From positions 567,172 to 631,171 of the forward strand of contig NW_003314349.1 of assembly GCF_000143415.4 (NCBI RefSeq): a stretch of 64,000 bases of DNA, read 5' to 3'. Of this stretch, positions 1 through 10,738 are shown piece by piece. Made by a program: the position numbers and the translations under genes. The DNA comes from Selaginella moellendorffii (taxonomy: Eukaryota; Plantae; Lycopodiophyta). The first letter of the stretch is position 1. The number at the start of each line of letters is the position of its first letter. The notes under the pieces are model-generated. The model made no database searches. It was not told the DNA's origin and was given only the letters and a program-made list of their open reading frames with translations.

Positions 1-513
1 AATCGTGGAAAGGCATTCTGGCAGAAAACCTCGAAAGAGCTCGGGAATTTCAATGGAATGCCAGATCGAAACCTCATTGCCTGGAACACAATGCTAATAG
101 CATACACGCAAAGATCACAGCTTCTCCTAGCCAGAGATTTGTGTCATCGAATGTATGCGGGAAGTAGAAGTCCTTTTTGATGCCAGAGCACGACCAACGT
201 CTAAACTACTCCAGAGTGGTGTGATAACTTGGAGCACTGTGCATTGGAAATGTTTGATACGATGAAAACGTTAGATCTAAGTAGTGCTTTAGCTCTATGA
301 TGGTCTTGATCCAGACTATTGCCGCGTGATCGATGGTCTGAACCGTGCTGGGCATTTGGGTGCTGCTCAAAGATTTCATCCCAAGCATGGCTTTCGTGCC
401 AAATGCCTTATGTTTTTCTTGGAAGGAATAACATCAGTGAAGGGGTAGAAGGAGTGATGAATCTTTTAGCTGCTTATGTGTTGTTTAATCGAAGGCTTTG
501 CCTCAATCACAAT
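1..513 (+). pseudogene. Deleted, frameshifted fragment of a PLS-class PPR gene; paralog of the 3' half of the PPR at 32393-34561
   Basis: gaaagagctcgggaatttcaatggaatgccagatcgaaacctcattgcctggaacacaatgc and gctgcttatgtgttgtttaatcgaaggctttgcctcaat match the reverse complement of ~33300-33385 and ~32400-32460; no long ORF. Confidence 0.85.
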
Positions 514-1050
514 AGTACGTGCATGGGTTATTGAAAGAGTCGAGCTCGCAGGACAAGCTCGGACGCAAGAGCAAAGCTTCCATCGTCCTCCAACGCGTCG
601 CGAAAAGGCTTCCTCCATCCATATCCTCGGCGTGGCTGTGCCGGCTATGAACCGAGACAAGCCCATCACGCTCATTCTCCTCGTCTCCCCCGCTGCTAAG
701 TCGGCTTTCTCCATCACCCATCTCCTGAGATCTCTCTTCTAATAGGCAACTTCTCTGCTTGACAGGAACTTCTTCCTTGCCTCGTCGTCAGATCCTTGGA
801 CTTGCCACCGCTTCCTGCACCAAAACATTAAGAAATGAAACAAGCAAGCAAGGCATACAGTCGGCATTTCCCAGCTTTCGAGATTATTTTCATACTCTCG
901 ATCGCCAAGTGTGGCGGGTGGAAAGACACACGTAACCCCACCCTCACCTGGTGACAGAGAGCAAGTCAAAAGCATTAGTCGCTGTTTTCGCTAAGATCAA
1001 TGGCTAGGGGAATTTTTTAAGACGAAAAGGAATACGCACTCACTCACTCA

Positions 1051-2332
1051 TCAGTCGAAAGGATCGATTCGACGGTCGTGTTCAGTAGCAAGTGCCATTC
1101 CTGTGCATAAACAAGTAGGACACATCACCTGCAAAATAGAAAAATGACAGAGAAACGATCAGAAAAAGAAAGGAGACATCAGAAAAGAAAAATAAAGCGT
1201 AGCTAGACGCAGGAGGAAGAAACTTCTACCTTCGTCACGCCAAAGCAGTTTGGACATCTCTTACGTTCCATGGATTTCGAACTCGCTACATCTCCAGCGG
1301 CTGAGCATAGAGCGCACGACAGATAGCCTTGAAACATTGAAAAGCATTGTAGCAATGAAAACCATGAGCTGATTGATTGCCATACCAGTTCCATGACAAT
1401 ACTTGCACCTCTGCTTATCCTGCTGCCGGATGTTATTAGCTTCCACCACCATCAGAGACGATATGACTCCGACAGCCCCACCCGAAAACGAAGCAACGAT
1501 TGGATCGACCTGACTATAAAAATCCCAAAGACCACATCAAGCAGCAGCAACAAACCTCCAGTGTCACAAACCTTAGCTGCTCGGGTAAATGCATCTTGTG
1601 AATGAAATCGGTATAGGTGGTAAATCCAATCCCAAGTCGGAGCTCCAGCTTTGGAAAGGAAAACAAGATCTTAACTCTACACAGTATTGAATTTTAGTGC
1701 TTACAACAGGAGCTAGAAGGCCACCGAAAAGGATGACTCCACCGCAAAAGGCAAAGCAAGTTGCATAGTATAACTTCAACGTCGTGTATGTCTGCCATAG
1801 CCAAGCCATTGCTGAGAGGAAATAGAAAAACATAAGAAAGTGTTTGTTTACCAAAGGTGGAAGAAATGGAAACAACGATGAATACTCTGGCAGATCGTTC
1901 TCCTCGTCCTCCTCTTCCAGGCCTAGCTCGGCGCCTTTCAATCGCTGCTGGATCCTCAGTCTTCTAACCTGGAAGGAACGTCGAATGGAAAAAAAGGAGC
2001 GATCGATCGATGACACACAAGAGCCATTCTGGAAATACCTCCTCCATGAGCAAGAAGATTTTGTTGCGGCGGCTTTTCACGTTGTCCCTGAGCTCCTCGA
2101 ACTGCATTTTCGCGAGATCGACGACGGTGTCTCGGCTCTCGATGATGCAAAACCCGTTGTTCGAGGAGGAAGAATCATCCGTGAGCGTCGCCCTTACACT
2201 GCGGTTGAGCGGCCTTGACCTCGAAATCCACAAAACCGGACGCTCCAGACTCGAGCATCTGGAATTTCTTGCCCAAGAACCACCGAAGCTGCTTACTGCG
2301 GGAGAATGCGGGGCCGACATCGATGAAAACAT
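1051..2332 (-). CDS. OR: ORANGE-like DnaJ-type zinc-finger protein, multi-exon, with putative plastid transit peptide
   Basis: Exons read GFCIIESRDTVVDLAKMQFEELRDNVKSRRNKIFLLMEEV / RRLRIQQRLK / LYYATCFAFCGGVILFGGLLAP / VDPIVASFSGGAVGVISSLMVVE..RCKYCHGTG / YLSCALCS..RCPNCFGVTK / VMCPTCLCTGMALATEHDRRIDPFD*; GT-AG introns; start could be 2332 or 2320. Confidence 0.9.
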
Positions 2333-2537
2333 CTCTCCAGCCTCGCATTCCTCTCTAGACGCACCTAGAATCCCTCGGGACGAGCCAAATTTCTGGCGAG
2401 AGAACAAACCCTGATTATCAGCTCGTCTTCCATTTTGGCTGTAGCGACGAGAGAACACACTAGCGGCATATGCTCTTAGGCATATTCCGTCAAAGTGGCA
2501 CGCTCGAGCTAGGGTTTCGAGCTCGGGAGTTGGGGCT
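2333..2537. promoter_or_regulatory. Short bidirectional promoter between OR-like and SEC13, with telo-box
   Basis: About 205 bp between divergent ATGs; TAGGGTTT at 2510-2517. Confidence 0.6.
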
Positions 2538-3503
2538 ATGGCGGCAGCGATGGCGGCAGTGAATGCGTCCCCAGTCCCTTCGGGAGACAAGTTGCCGTCG
2601 TCCCACAGCATCGAATCTGGCCACACCGACATTGTCCACGACGCGCAGATGGATTACTACGGCAAGCGCCTGGCGACGTGCTCATCGGATCGATCCGTCA
2701 GGGTTTTCTCCGTGCCGCAGGGATCCCAAGGTGAGCACTTGCTGGCGACGCTGAGCGGGCACGACGGCCCGGTGTGGCAGATCTGCTGGGGCCATCCAAA
2801 GTTTGGATCCATCCTCGCCTCGTGCTCCTACGATGCCAAGGTGATCATCTGGAAAGAGGGCGCCGAGAACCAGTGGATCCAGGCACACGTCTTCAAGGAG
2901 CACGAAGCGTCGGTGAATAGCATCGCCTGGGCGCCCCACGAATTCGGCCTCTGCTTGGCTTGCGGCTCCTCGGATGGAACGATCTCGGTGCTCACGAACA
3001 AGCCGGATGGATCCTGGGACAGGGTGAAGATCCAGCAAGCCCATCCGGTGGGCGTCACCTCGGTGTCCTGGGCTCCCTCGGCGTCGCCCGGATCTCTCCT
3101 GGGCGATGGCCGCGCGGGCTTGATCCAGAAGCTCGTCTCCGGGGGATGTGACAACACCGTCAAGGTGTGGAAATTCGCGGATGGGCACTGGAAGATGGAT
3201 TGCTTCCCGCCGCTCTCGATGCACAGCGACTGGGTGAGAGACGTCGCCTGGGCTCCAAATCTGGGGCTCCCCAAGAACACCATCGCCAGCGCTTCCCAGG
3301 ATGGAACTGTGGTGATTTGGACGCAGGGGCGCGAGGGCGATCAGTGGCAAGGGCAGCTCCTCCACGATTTTAAATCGCCGGTGTGGCGAGCGAGCTGGTC
3401 TCTCACTGGGAATATCTTGGCAGTGGCCGATGCTACCAACAGTGTGACGCTCTGGAAGGAGGCCGTGGATGGGGAGTGGAGTCAAGTAAATACCATCCAG
3501 TGA
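2538..3503 (+). CDS. SEC13: Protein transport protein SEC13 (WD40; COPII and nucleoporin), intronless
   Basis: 321 aa; HTDIVHDAQMDYYGKRLATCSSD, GHDGPVWQICWGHPKFGSILASCSYD, HSDWVRDVAWAPNLGLPK, VWRASWSLTGNILAV. Confidence 0.97.
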   Translation: MAAAMAAVNASPVPSGDKLPSSHSIESGHTDIVHDAQMDYYGKRLATCSSDRSVRVFSVPQGSQGEHLLATLSGHDGPVWQICWGHPKFGSILASCSYDAKVIIWKEGAENQWIQAHVFKEHEASVNSIAWAPHEFGLCLACGSSDGTISVLTNKPDGSWDRVKIQQAHPVGVTSVSWAPSASPGSLLGDGRAGLIQKLVSGGCDNTVKVWKFADGHWKMDCFPPLSMHSDWVRDVAWAPNLGLPKNTIASASQDGTVVIWTQGREGDQWQGQLLHDFKSPVWRASWSLTGNILAVADATNSVTLWKEAVDGEWSQVNTIQ

Positions 3504-3633
3504 AAGTTACCGTGGTAAAAAGTTTTCTCTCCTGTGACCATTTGTTCTATGTTTATTTTTTTACAAAGTTAAAAAGCATGAACCCTAAAATGCTCAAGAG
3601 CCCTAGAAATATTTCGATTCTTGGAGGGGTTTG

Positions 3634-6089
3634 ATGGCGATCGATCTGGTGAAGGCGGGCCAGCAGTGCCTTGGCGAGGTAGAATCGATCGCGGTTTGGA
3701 TCTTGTTGTGATGGATTTGTCCAGGAAGCCGAGAATTTGCAAGGCGCCTTGGTGTATCTGGACGATGGAGCGCTGGAAGCGTTCCATTTTCTAGGCGGGC
3801 TTCCATTCTTGCTGCAGCTGGGAGCGCGGGGTGTGTGTCAGCTGGAGAATGCGTCGGCCTGCGACGAGGTATGGTGAAATTCTATGCGTGATCACTGAAA
3901 ATGCTGTGATCTTAGACAGTTGTGTGGAATGGAGTTGTGGAGGAGCTCTCGAGGATTGTGATCGTCACGTCGCAGCTGCTGAGCGATTCCCATTGCTATG
4001 TTTTGCGCTGCATTCGTACTCATGCGAAGATCCATCATTTCGTTATACTCTCTTCGATCTCACAGGTAAAGTTCTTCTCATCTTTCTCTTCTTCGAGTGT
4101 TCCTTATAAGTCCGTCCCTCGCAGGATGCTCACTCGAACTGTGGAGATACTCCGCTGGGAACCGATGCTTTCACCGAGTACAAAGACCTCCTGCTCCAAG
4201 ATGTTCTCAAAGCTCTCACTCCCGACGAGAGGCTTGAGAATTCAAGCGGTCCTTCTGTTACTGTGAAGCACTTGCCGATGCTGTGCTGCGCAGTAACTCC
4301 GAGAGTGTTCGTGTTTCCTTCCTCCGCAGCGTTTGCCACGGCTCCTCTCAGTTCCAAAAGAGAGGTTTCGTTTCTAAGTCCCGGACTACCAGCTTACGAC
4401 AATGGTTTGGCTTGGGACGAGGATGAGCTCCCTCCTGCCGGAGCTACACTTCACGCGCATTTTCTCCATGATCTCGCTGGACAGGTACTTCAAGGCTCTT
4501 CTCTTCAGTTTTCTCTTGTGAACTTTTCTTTCTTTTGCAGCTCGATCTGAAGTTCGACATCTTCAGCTTGGGTCCACTGGCACATCTGGTTGGCAAGCAG
4601 CTGACGGAGATCTCTGGTGATGGCTTCGGACGAGCTAAAAAGACTGCTGGCCTTCTGCTGTTGGACCGTTCTCTCGATCTTATAACACCCGCCAGCCATG
4701 GAGATTCGTTGGTTGACAAGATCTATTCGTTTCTTCCCCGTCAGACACACCAAGAAAGCACTGCTTCCGTCAAAAGGCCATCAATGGACGTTCGAATACC
4801 GACATTAGAGGAAGAAAAGTCCTTCGTCCTTGAAACCGGTGACGAGACAACTTATGAAATTGCTGGTTCACTTTGCACAGCGTGGGACTTCCAGGGAGTG
4901 AATCGACTGGACATACTATTCGAGAAGAGAGCAAAGGACGGTGCTCTACTCGTCAGAAACTGGATCCAGGATATCTTAAGGCAGGAACATGAAGTGTCGG
5001 GAAAATCGCGTTTGGTTACGAACTCCAAGGAGCTTTTCTCGTTGGCTACCACCTTGCTCAACAGTTCAGCTGGTTTGAAACAAGCGGGGCTTGTTCAACT
5101 GGGAAAGGCTGCTGCGGAAGTAACCACGGCAGCACGAGTTACACAGTGGGAGGCATTTGCAAGTGCTGAGAGGGTACTCGGTATCAGTGCTGCAGATGGG
5201 ATTGAAACTCTTGCTTCTCAGCTCGGAGATCTAATCAGGCAAAGTACCTCGGATCACAGCGTGCTATCTCTGAGGGACGCCTTGACCATACTCATTGTGG
5301 GATACGCGCTCGCTGGAGAATATAGTACGAAGGAAGGTGGTCCATTCTCTTGGGAGGAGGAACGTAGCTTAAAGGAAGCAGTAACGGATGCGATTCTCAA
5401 AGGTCCAGCGGAACCGTCGCTGGACTTCTTGAAAGGCTTGGAGAATGCACTTGAAATGCACTGGGAAAAGGAAAAGACCAAGGCTCAAAATCAGATTTCC
5501 AGTCCCGATGACTGGTCTGAAGATCAATGGGAGAGTTGGGAAGACAACGATCAGCAAGAGTATTCACAGATGCAGCTGAAGCTGGAGTTAAACGACAGGA
5601 TCCAGGAACTATTCAATGCTCTACACAGAGTTGCTGCAGCGAGAACGCATTATCCACTGAGGGAGACACGCCTCCTTGGAACTCATCGGGGAGTAATCAA
5701 CGAGCTTCTGTCGCTGGTATTGTCAAACAGTGACATCCCCGGATTGAAACACCACTCCTCCACAGTCGGACGCTTTCTCAAAAGTGGACTGGGAAGGTTC
5801 GGCCTTGGACAGGTAGCAATGACTTACAGTCTTGAAAGCGTTCTAACATTCTCTTTTCAGGCAAAACACAAGCTTTCCGACCACAAAGTTCTACTTGTTT
5901 TTGTAATCGGGGGCTTCAACGCCGTCGAGGTATCATCGGAGTAGAATCGTTGCAAGAAATGATATTGTTTTCCAGGTGCGGGAGGCGAGAGCCTTGCAGG
6001 GAGATTTCGATGAATTGTTGATGGGAGGAACCACACTTCTTACACCCAACGCCATGTTCGACCTTTTGCTGGGATCCTGTCATCTCTAA
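3634..6089 (+). CDS. MIP3: Sec1/Munc18-family domain protein, MIP3/SCFD2-like, multi-exon
   Basis: MAIDLVKAGQQCLGE / GALVYLDDGALEAFHFLGGLPFLLQLGARGVCQLEN / RIVIVTSQLLSDSHCYVLRC / LLLLDRSLDLITPASHGDSLVD / HHSSTVGRFLKSGLGRFGLGQ / LVFVIGGFNAVEVRE..MGGTTLLTP; TAA at 6087-6089. Confidence 0.88.
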
Positions 6090-6177
6090 CTCCAGGTGAA
6101 AGAATAGTTTTGTGAAGTCCCAAGGTTGCTGAAAAAAAAGGAATCTTTTTCTTGTTTTGATAGGGTTGAGCCTGAAG

Positions 6178-7148
6178 ATGTTAGCGTCTCATCAAGCCTC
6201 CGGCCTCGCTTTCTCCAAAGGTACACACAGGCCGCTTTTTCTTGAAGCTCCAGGCAAATGGGCGAAGCTCAATTGCGCCGGGAAACAAAATTCCAGGAGG
6301 CCGGTTCTATCAACTAGCAAAGATCTTTCGGAAACAACCGAGACGAAAACTGTGGGTCTAGTAGTTGGCACCGATGTGGCTAGAACATTTCCAGAGAGCT
6401 CCTCATCATGGAGAATGACTGAACAGCACTTGGTATTTCTCGGCATCATGGCATCCGTGGTCAGTTCTCTTTCTTTCCTTCTTTTCCTTTCCTGACCTTG
6501 GATTTTGTAGATAATGGCCGCTCTCTGCGGCATTATCTTAGCCGCCATACCGACGCTACTGGTGAGAATCATCACCTAGTCTTCGTTTTGTCTGTTTTGC
6601 TCACGTTGTTCTCAATCACTACTCAGGCAATCAAGAAAGCAGCTGAAGCCATGGAAAAACTTGCAAAAACGACTCGCGAAGAGCTTCCGGGAACTATGGC
6701 TGCCGTGAGACTGTCGGGCATGGAGATTAGCGATCTCACCATGGAACTCAGCGACCTCGGGTAAGCAGTTTAAATTCACCATATCCATCTCCGAAAACAA
6801 GCTTTTCTCTGTCTCCCTCTTCAGGCAAGAAATAACAGCCGGTGTAAGACGATCGACACAAGCAGTCCGAGCAGCCGAAGATGGACTAAGACGAGCAAGC
6901 AGCTTAGCATCCGCAGGTAAAGAAACCATCCCTTCTTCTTCCTTTCATTCCAACTCGTTATGTGTGTAGCGATGTGGCAGGCACAAACGCGAGCGGCAGT
7001 GCCAGTCCAAACCGTGGTCCAGCCATTGGTAGCCGAGAGAGCAAGGAACGTGAGACAGATGATCGCTCGAGCGAGGATGATCGTGAAGAATCTGGTAACT
7101 CTGGGCCAAATGTCTAGTTGGCTGGGAAGACACACCAGGAAGCACTGA
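6178..7148 (+). CDS. Conserved small membrane/coiled-coil protein of unknown function, probably plastid (DUF948-like family)
   Basis: Transit-like N-terminus, TM segment ..AAIPTLL, then AAEAMEKLAKTTREELPGTMAAVRLSGMEISDLTMELSDLG/QEITAGVRRS; several short introns. Confidence 0.75.
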
Positions 7149-7160
7149 AAGAACAAGCCC

Positions 7161-7325
7161 AAGTTCTTCCTTCTTTGAAAGGATCGTGAAGAGAAAGAAG
7201 AGATGGGAAGTTCTTCCTTGTTTTGACTCGATCGAGAAGAAAAAAAAGAGATGGAAAGTTCTTCCAAAGGATATGGGAAGCTCTTCCTTGTTTTGAAAGG
7301 ATCGAGAAGAAGAGATGGGAAGCTT
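7161..7325. repeat. Imperfect tandem repeat, ~45-bp unit, about 3.5 copies
   Basis: Unit ~aagttcttccttgttttgaaaggatcgagaagaagagatggg at ~7161, 7208, 7256 (short) and 7278. Confidence 0.8.
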
Positions 7326-7342
7326 ACAGGATGATCGCTGTG

Positions 7343-7735
7343 CTACTTCTTCTTCTTGAGAGCGTTGGAGTCTTTGATCCTCTGGCGATTGTCGAGCTTG
7401 ACGAGGCGCTTGAGCTCCTGGAGCTTGAGCGACTTGAAATCCCTGCGCTTGAGATCGCTGAGCGGCGGCAGTGGCTTGTCCAGCGTCCACAGCCAGTCGG
7501 GATACTCGCTATCGGCATGGATGGGAGGATCGCTACCTTCCTTGAAGATGTTTGCGCCAAGCACCACATTGACCCTTTGCTCCATGGGAACCGTCGGCCC
7601 TGTGGGCGCCGATGGCCCTCCTCGCCCTTTCTTCTTGCCGCCACTGCCAGCCGCGGGGGCGGCGCGCAATCGAAATGCGCATTGCAGTGCCCTGGATCGA
7701 GCTCCAGCGCCACCGATCGCCTGCGTCAAGACCAT
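7343..7735 (-). CDS. MRPL54: Mitochondrial ribosomal protein mL54 (L37 family)
   Basis: GANIFKEGSDPPIHADSEYPDWLWTL motif; basic C-terminus LKRLVKLDNRQRIKDSN. Confidence 0.9.
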   Translation of the reverse strand: MVLTQAIGGAGARSRALQCAFRLRAAPAAGSGGKKKGRGGPSAPTGPTVPMEQRVNVVLGANIFKEGSDPPIHADSEYPDWLWTLDKPLPPLSDLKRRDFKSLKLQELKRLVKLDNRQRIKDSNALKKKK

Positions 7736-7800
7736 CCTCTTCGAAGAACCCTAGATGCTCTGTTTTTAGGGTTCTTGCGATTAGGGTTTTGGGGGAAGGA
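7736..7800. promoter_or_regulatory. 65-bp bidirectional promoter with three telo-box-like motifs
   Basis: AACCCTAG 7747-7754, TTAGGGTT 7766-7773, TTAGGGTTT 7781-7789 between divergent ATGs at 7735 and 7801. Confidence 0.7.
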
Positions 7801-8574
7801 ATGGCGAACCAGGGCGCGAAGAAGCGCAAGGAGGAGAACGAGAAGCACATCCAGTGGCTGCGCAACCTCATCCTTGTCTCAAATGTAAGCTAATCGATCC
7901 ATCGATGCGCGAGTTTGATCTCTCTGGGGGGATTTCCAGGCCATTCACATTCTAGTGAGGATTTTGCTCCTTCGCTCGTCCGTGTCGTGGAGGCATTTCT
8001 TCCGGCTGCTGCTCTCCTCGGCCGCGTACAAGCTCTCGTATTCGCAGCTCCAGAAGATGGCCCAGCCTTCCTTTGACGAGCGCGGCGATCTCATCGATGG
8101 CGGCTTTGACATGTCCACTGGAGGACTTTGCAGGTTTTTTCTTGTTTGTTTCTTCTTCTTTCTTTCTACAATTTGGGATCACCGATCCTTCCATTCTTCT
8201 TTCGTGATTTTGTCTCGCAGCTATCTTCACGATATCATCTACATCACGAGCTTTGTCCAGGTTTCCAGCGTTTTCTCCGATTACTTTTGGTACCTCTACT
8301 GGGTGGTGAGAACTCTGTTTGATCTTTTCTTTCTTTCTTTTTCATGGTGGTCTTGTTTAGATCCCACTGTTTGCTCTCTACAAGCTGTGGCAGCTCGTTT
8401 TGTACCCATTTGTCTTCCAAAGCTCGCCACAGGTATTTGAGCTCCTTCTTTTTGCTTTCTTTTCTTGACGAAGGCGCTTTGATTTCACAGGACGCTGGCG
8501 AGGATGAAAAGGCCAGAAAGAAGAAAGAGAAGAAAGCCAACAAAGTGAAATTCTCCCGGGTTAAAACCCGGTAG
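7801..8574 (+). CDS. TMEM208: TMEM208/SND2 (DUF788) ER-targeting membrane protein, multi-exon
   Basis: MANQGAKKRKEENEKH..; MAQPSFDERGDLIDGGFDMSTGGLC/YLHDIIYITSFVQV..FSDYFWYLYWV; basic tail EKARKKKEKKANKVKFSRVKTR*. Confidence 0.9.
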
Positions 8575-8799
8575 TAAGGTTTTGAGTGAAGAAACCATCA
8601 GATAAGCGGTGATAGAGCTTCTTCTTATAATTTTTCCAGACAGTCAGGGAGATTAGCGCTTGAGTTCGCTGGAGGCCATGAAGATCTGGGAAGGCTAAAA
8701 CTATCAGAAGTGGTCATTGGATTGAAATACCAAATTGTTGTGAGTTGTGATTCCTCCATTCTTAGACAACCTGCCGAAGCGGTAAGCTGTTGGAGTATT

Positions 8800-10720
8800 A
8801 TCATGCATATTGTTAAATAATTATATATTACTTTTAGTAGCTAAAAAAGGTTCAAGAAAGACTAAATTAATAAAATAAAAAGCTTATTCAGTAGAATTTG
8901 GATTAAAATTTAAATTCCTTATAAATTCACATTTGAATGAAGTATTAGAAGAAATCAAAGAAAATAAAAGTTTAAAATTTTAACTTTTAATTGAATTTAA
9001 ATTATAAATAACAATATAAAAGTAGCCAATAAATTAAAAAAATTATAAATACCATAACATACGTCATAATATTCAAGAAATTTAACTGATAAATAAAATC
9101 TAAAAAATTAGTATAAAATAAATTTTATTTACAAGTAAATTTTACTCTCATTTTAGTCACATTTAATTTTCTAAATTTAACTTGATAAAATTGTTGCCTA
9201 AAGTGTTAAAGAAGCAAGCAGAGCCACTCATGCTAATAATATAATAATTAATTTTATTTTATTAGGATATAATAAAAATAATAAAATTTATTTAAAGTAT
9301 GTACATAAATCAAAAATCAATTATGCTACTAATGAAAGTTTTCTAATTAAAAACTAAGATAATATATAGTTGTTTTTATAACTAGTAATATAACTATATA
9401 GCAAAATATTAGTATATAATCTTTGAATTTGTTATCAATAATTGTTCATATTTTATAAATAAGAGTTAATAAATATTTTTAAAAATTGTTATTTTTAAAA
9501 CAAATTCTTAAATAAGAAAAGCTAAATTTGAATGATTTTCATTTTAAATAATGCTTAATAAAAAAAAGAAGTAACATATCTATTGCAAAAAATTCTAGAT
9601 ATTTTTACTTTATGAGCAGCGCATGAAAATGGATCAAGATCAAGACAAATAAGAATTTTTACCAACTGGGTGTGAAGACAATCTCTAAACCAATTCTTCC
9701 AATCATGCTCAAATTTTCTTTGTTATACATTTATTTATATAAAAAGGTGAAAGTAATAATAGTTCATATTAAAGAATTTAATACATGCATTAGTCAAAGT
9801 TAAAGGAACTTTTGTATTTTTATAATAACTCTTTCAAGTTTATGATTACCAAATTTCCTAGTTTACCTTGGAGATAAAATAAAAGAAAGTTTAATATAAA
9901 GTTATAAATATCAATAATAAGCTATAAAAAAGTTATTAAATGATATCAATATTAATTAGTTATTAAATAATATAAAATAAGTGTTAATAAAAAATTTTAA
10001 AACTTTTATTTTAAAAAAATCTTCAAATAGGAAAAGAGTTAATTTTATAGGATTTTCTTAATTTTTATCAATTTTAATAAATTTTTAAATATTATAAAAT
10101 ATGTGTTAATAATATTTTTTTAAAAACTTTAACTTAAAATATTCTTAAATTGGGAAAGAGCCAATTTTTTAAGATTTTTATTATAAATGATGCCTGATAA
10201 AAAAAAGTAATATATATCTTAAATGACCTTCCTTTGTACTACAACTCTATTTATATAGAGATAGCTGAAAGTAACAATAAAAGTCGCTATTCATATTAAA
10301 TACTTTAGGACATACATTAGTCAAAGTTAAAGCATTTTTATTGTTTTCATTAAAACCATTTATTCTTGAAATGAAAAAAAATTAATATAATATTACAAAT
10401 AAAAATAATAAGTTCTAAAAATATATATCTAGATATTATTTATCTTGGATATGTAAATTCTAGCCAAAAATATTTATAGTATTAATACATTATATTTTTA
10501 AAATCTTTATTGCATTTTGATTTTTGTAAAAGAACTCCAATAAATAAAGTATGACACCCAAAATCCTAAAATAAGAAGCCATTTATATAAATAAAATGAC
10601 CTTCATTACCATAAACATCTGTATATTTTGAGCTCAATATTAAGTTCATAGTAGTTTCGAATCAATTCACTGGTAAGAAAAGTTTTTAAAATAAATAACA
10701 TTTTTCCTTTCTAAATGAAA
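8800..10720. repeat. Extremely AT-rich non-coding island with internal diverged duplications; probable decayed TE
   Basis: Abrupt switch to very AT-rich sequence; 9741-9830 resembles 10261-10345; 9965-10070 resembles 10087-10180. Confidence 0.55.
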
Positions 10721-10738
10721 TTGTGATACAGATAAATA

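Noticed and set aside
555-980. Short ORFs between the PPR fragment and the OR-like gene
   Set aside because: No recognisable domain or coherent exon structure
2682-3485. 267-aa antisense ORF over SEC13, and similar shadow ORFs over PI-PLC (62160-62927), HD-ZIP IV and the PPRs
   Set aside because: Expected shadows of GC3-rich coding sequence; no recognisable motifs
7161-7325. Repeat-spacer-like appearance suggesting CRISPR
   Set aside because: Eukaryotic context, degenerate contiguous units without unique spacers, and no cas genes
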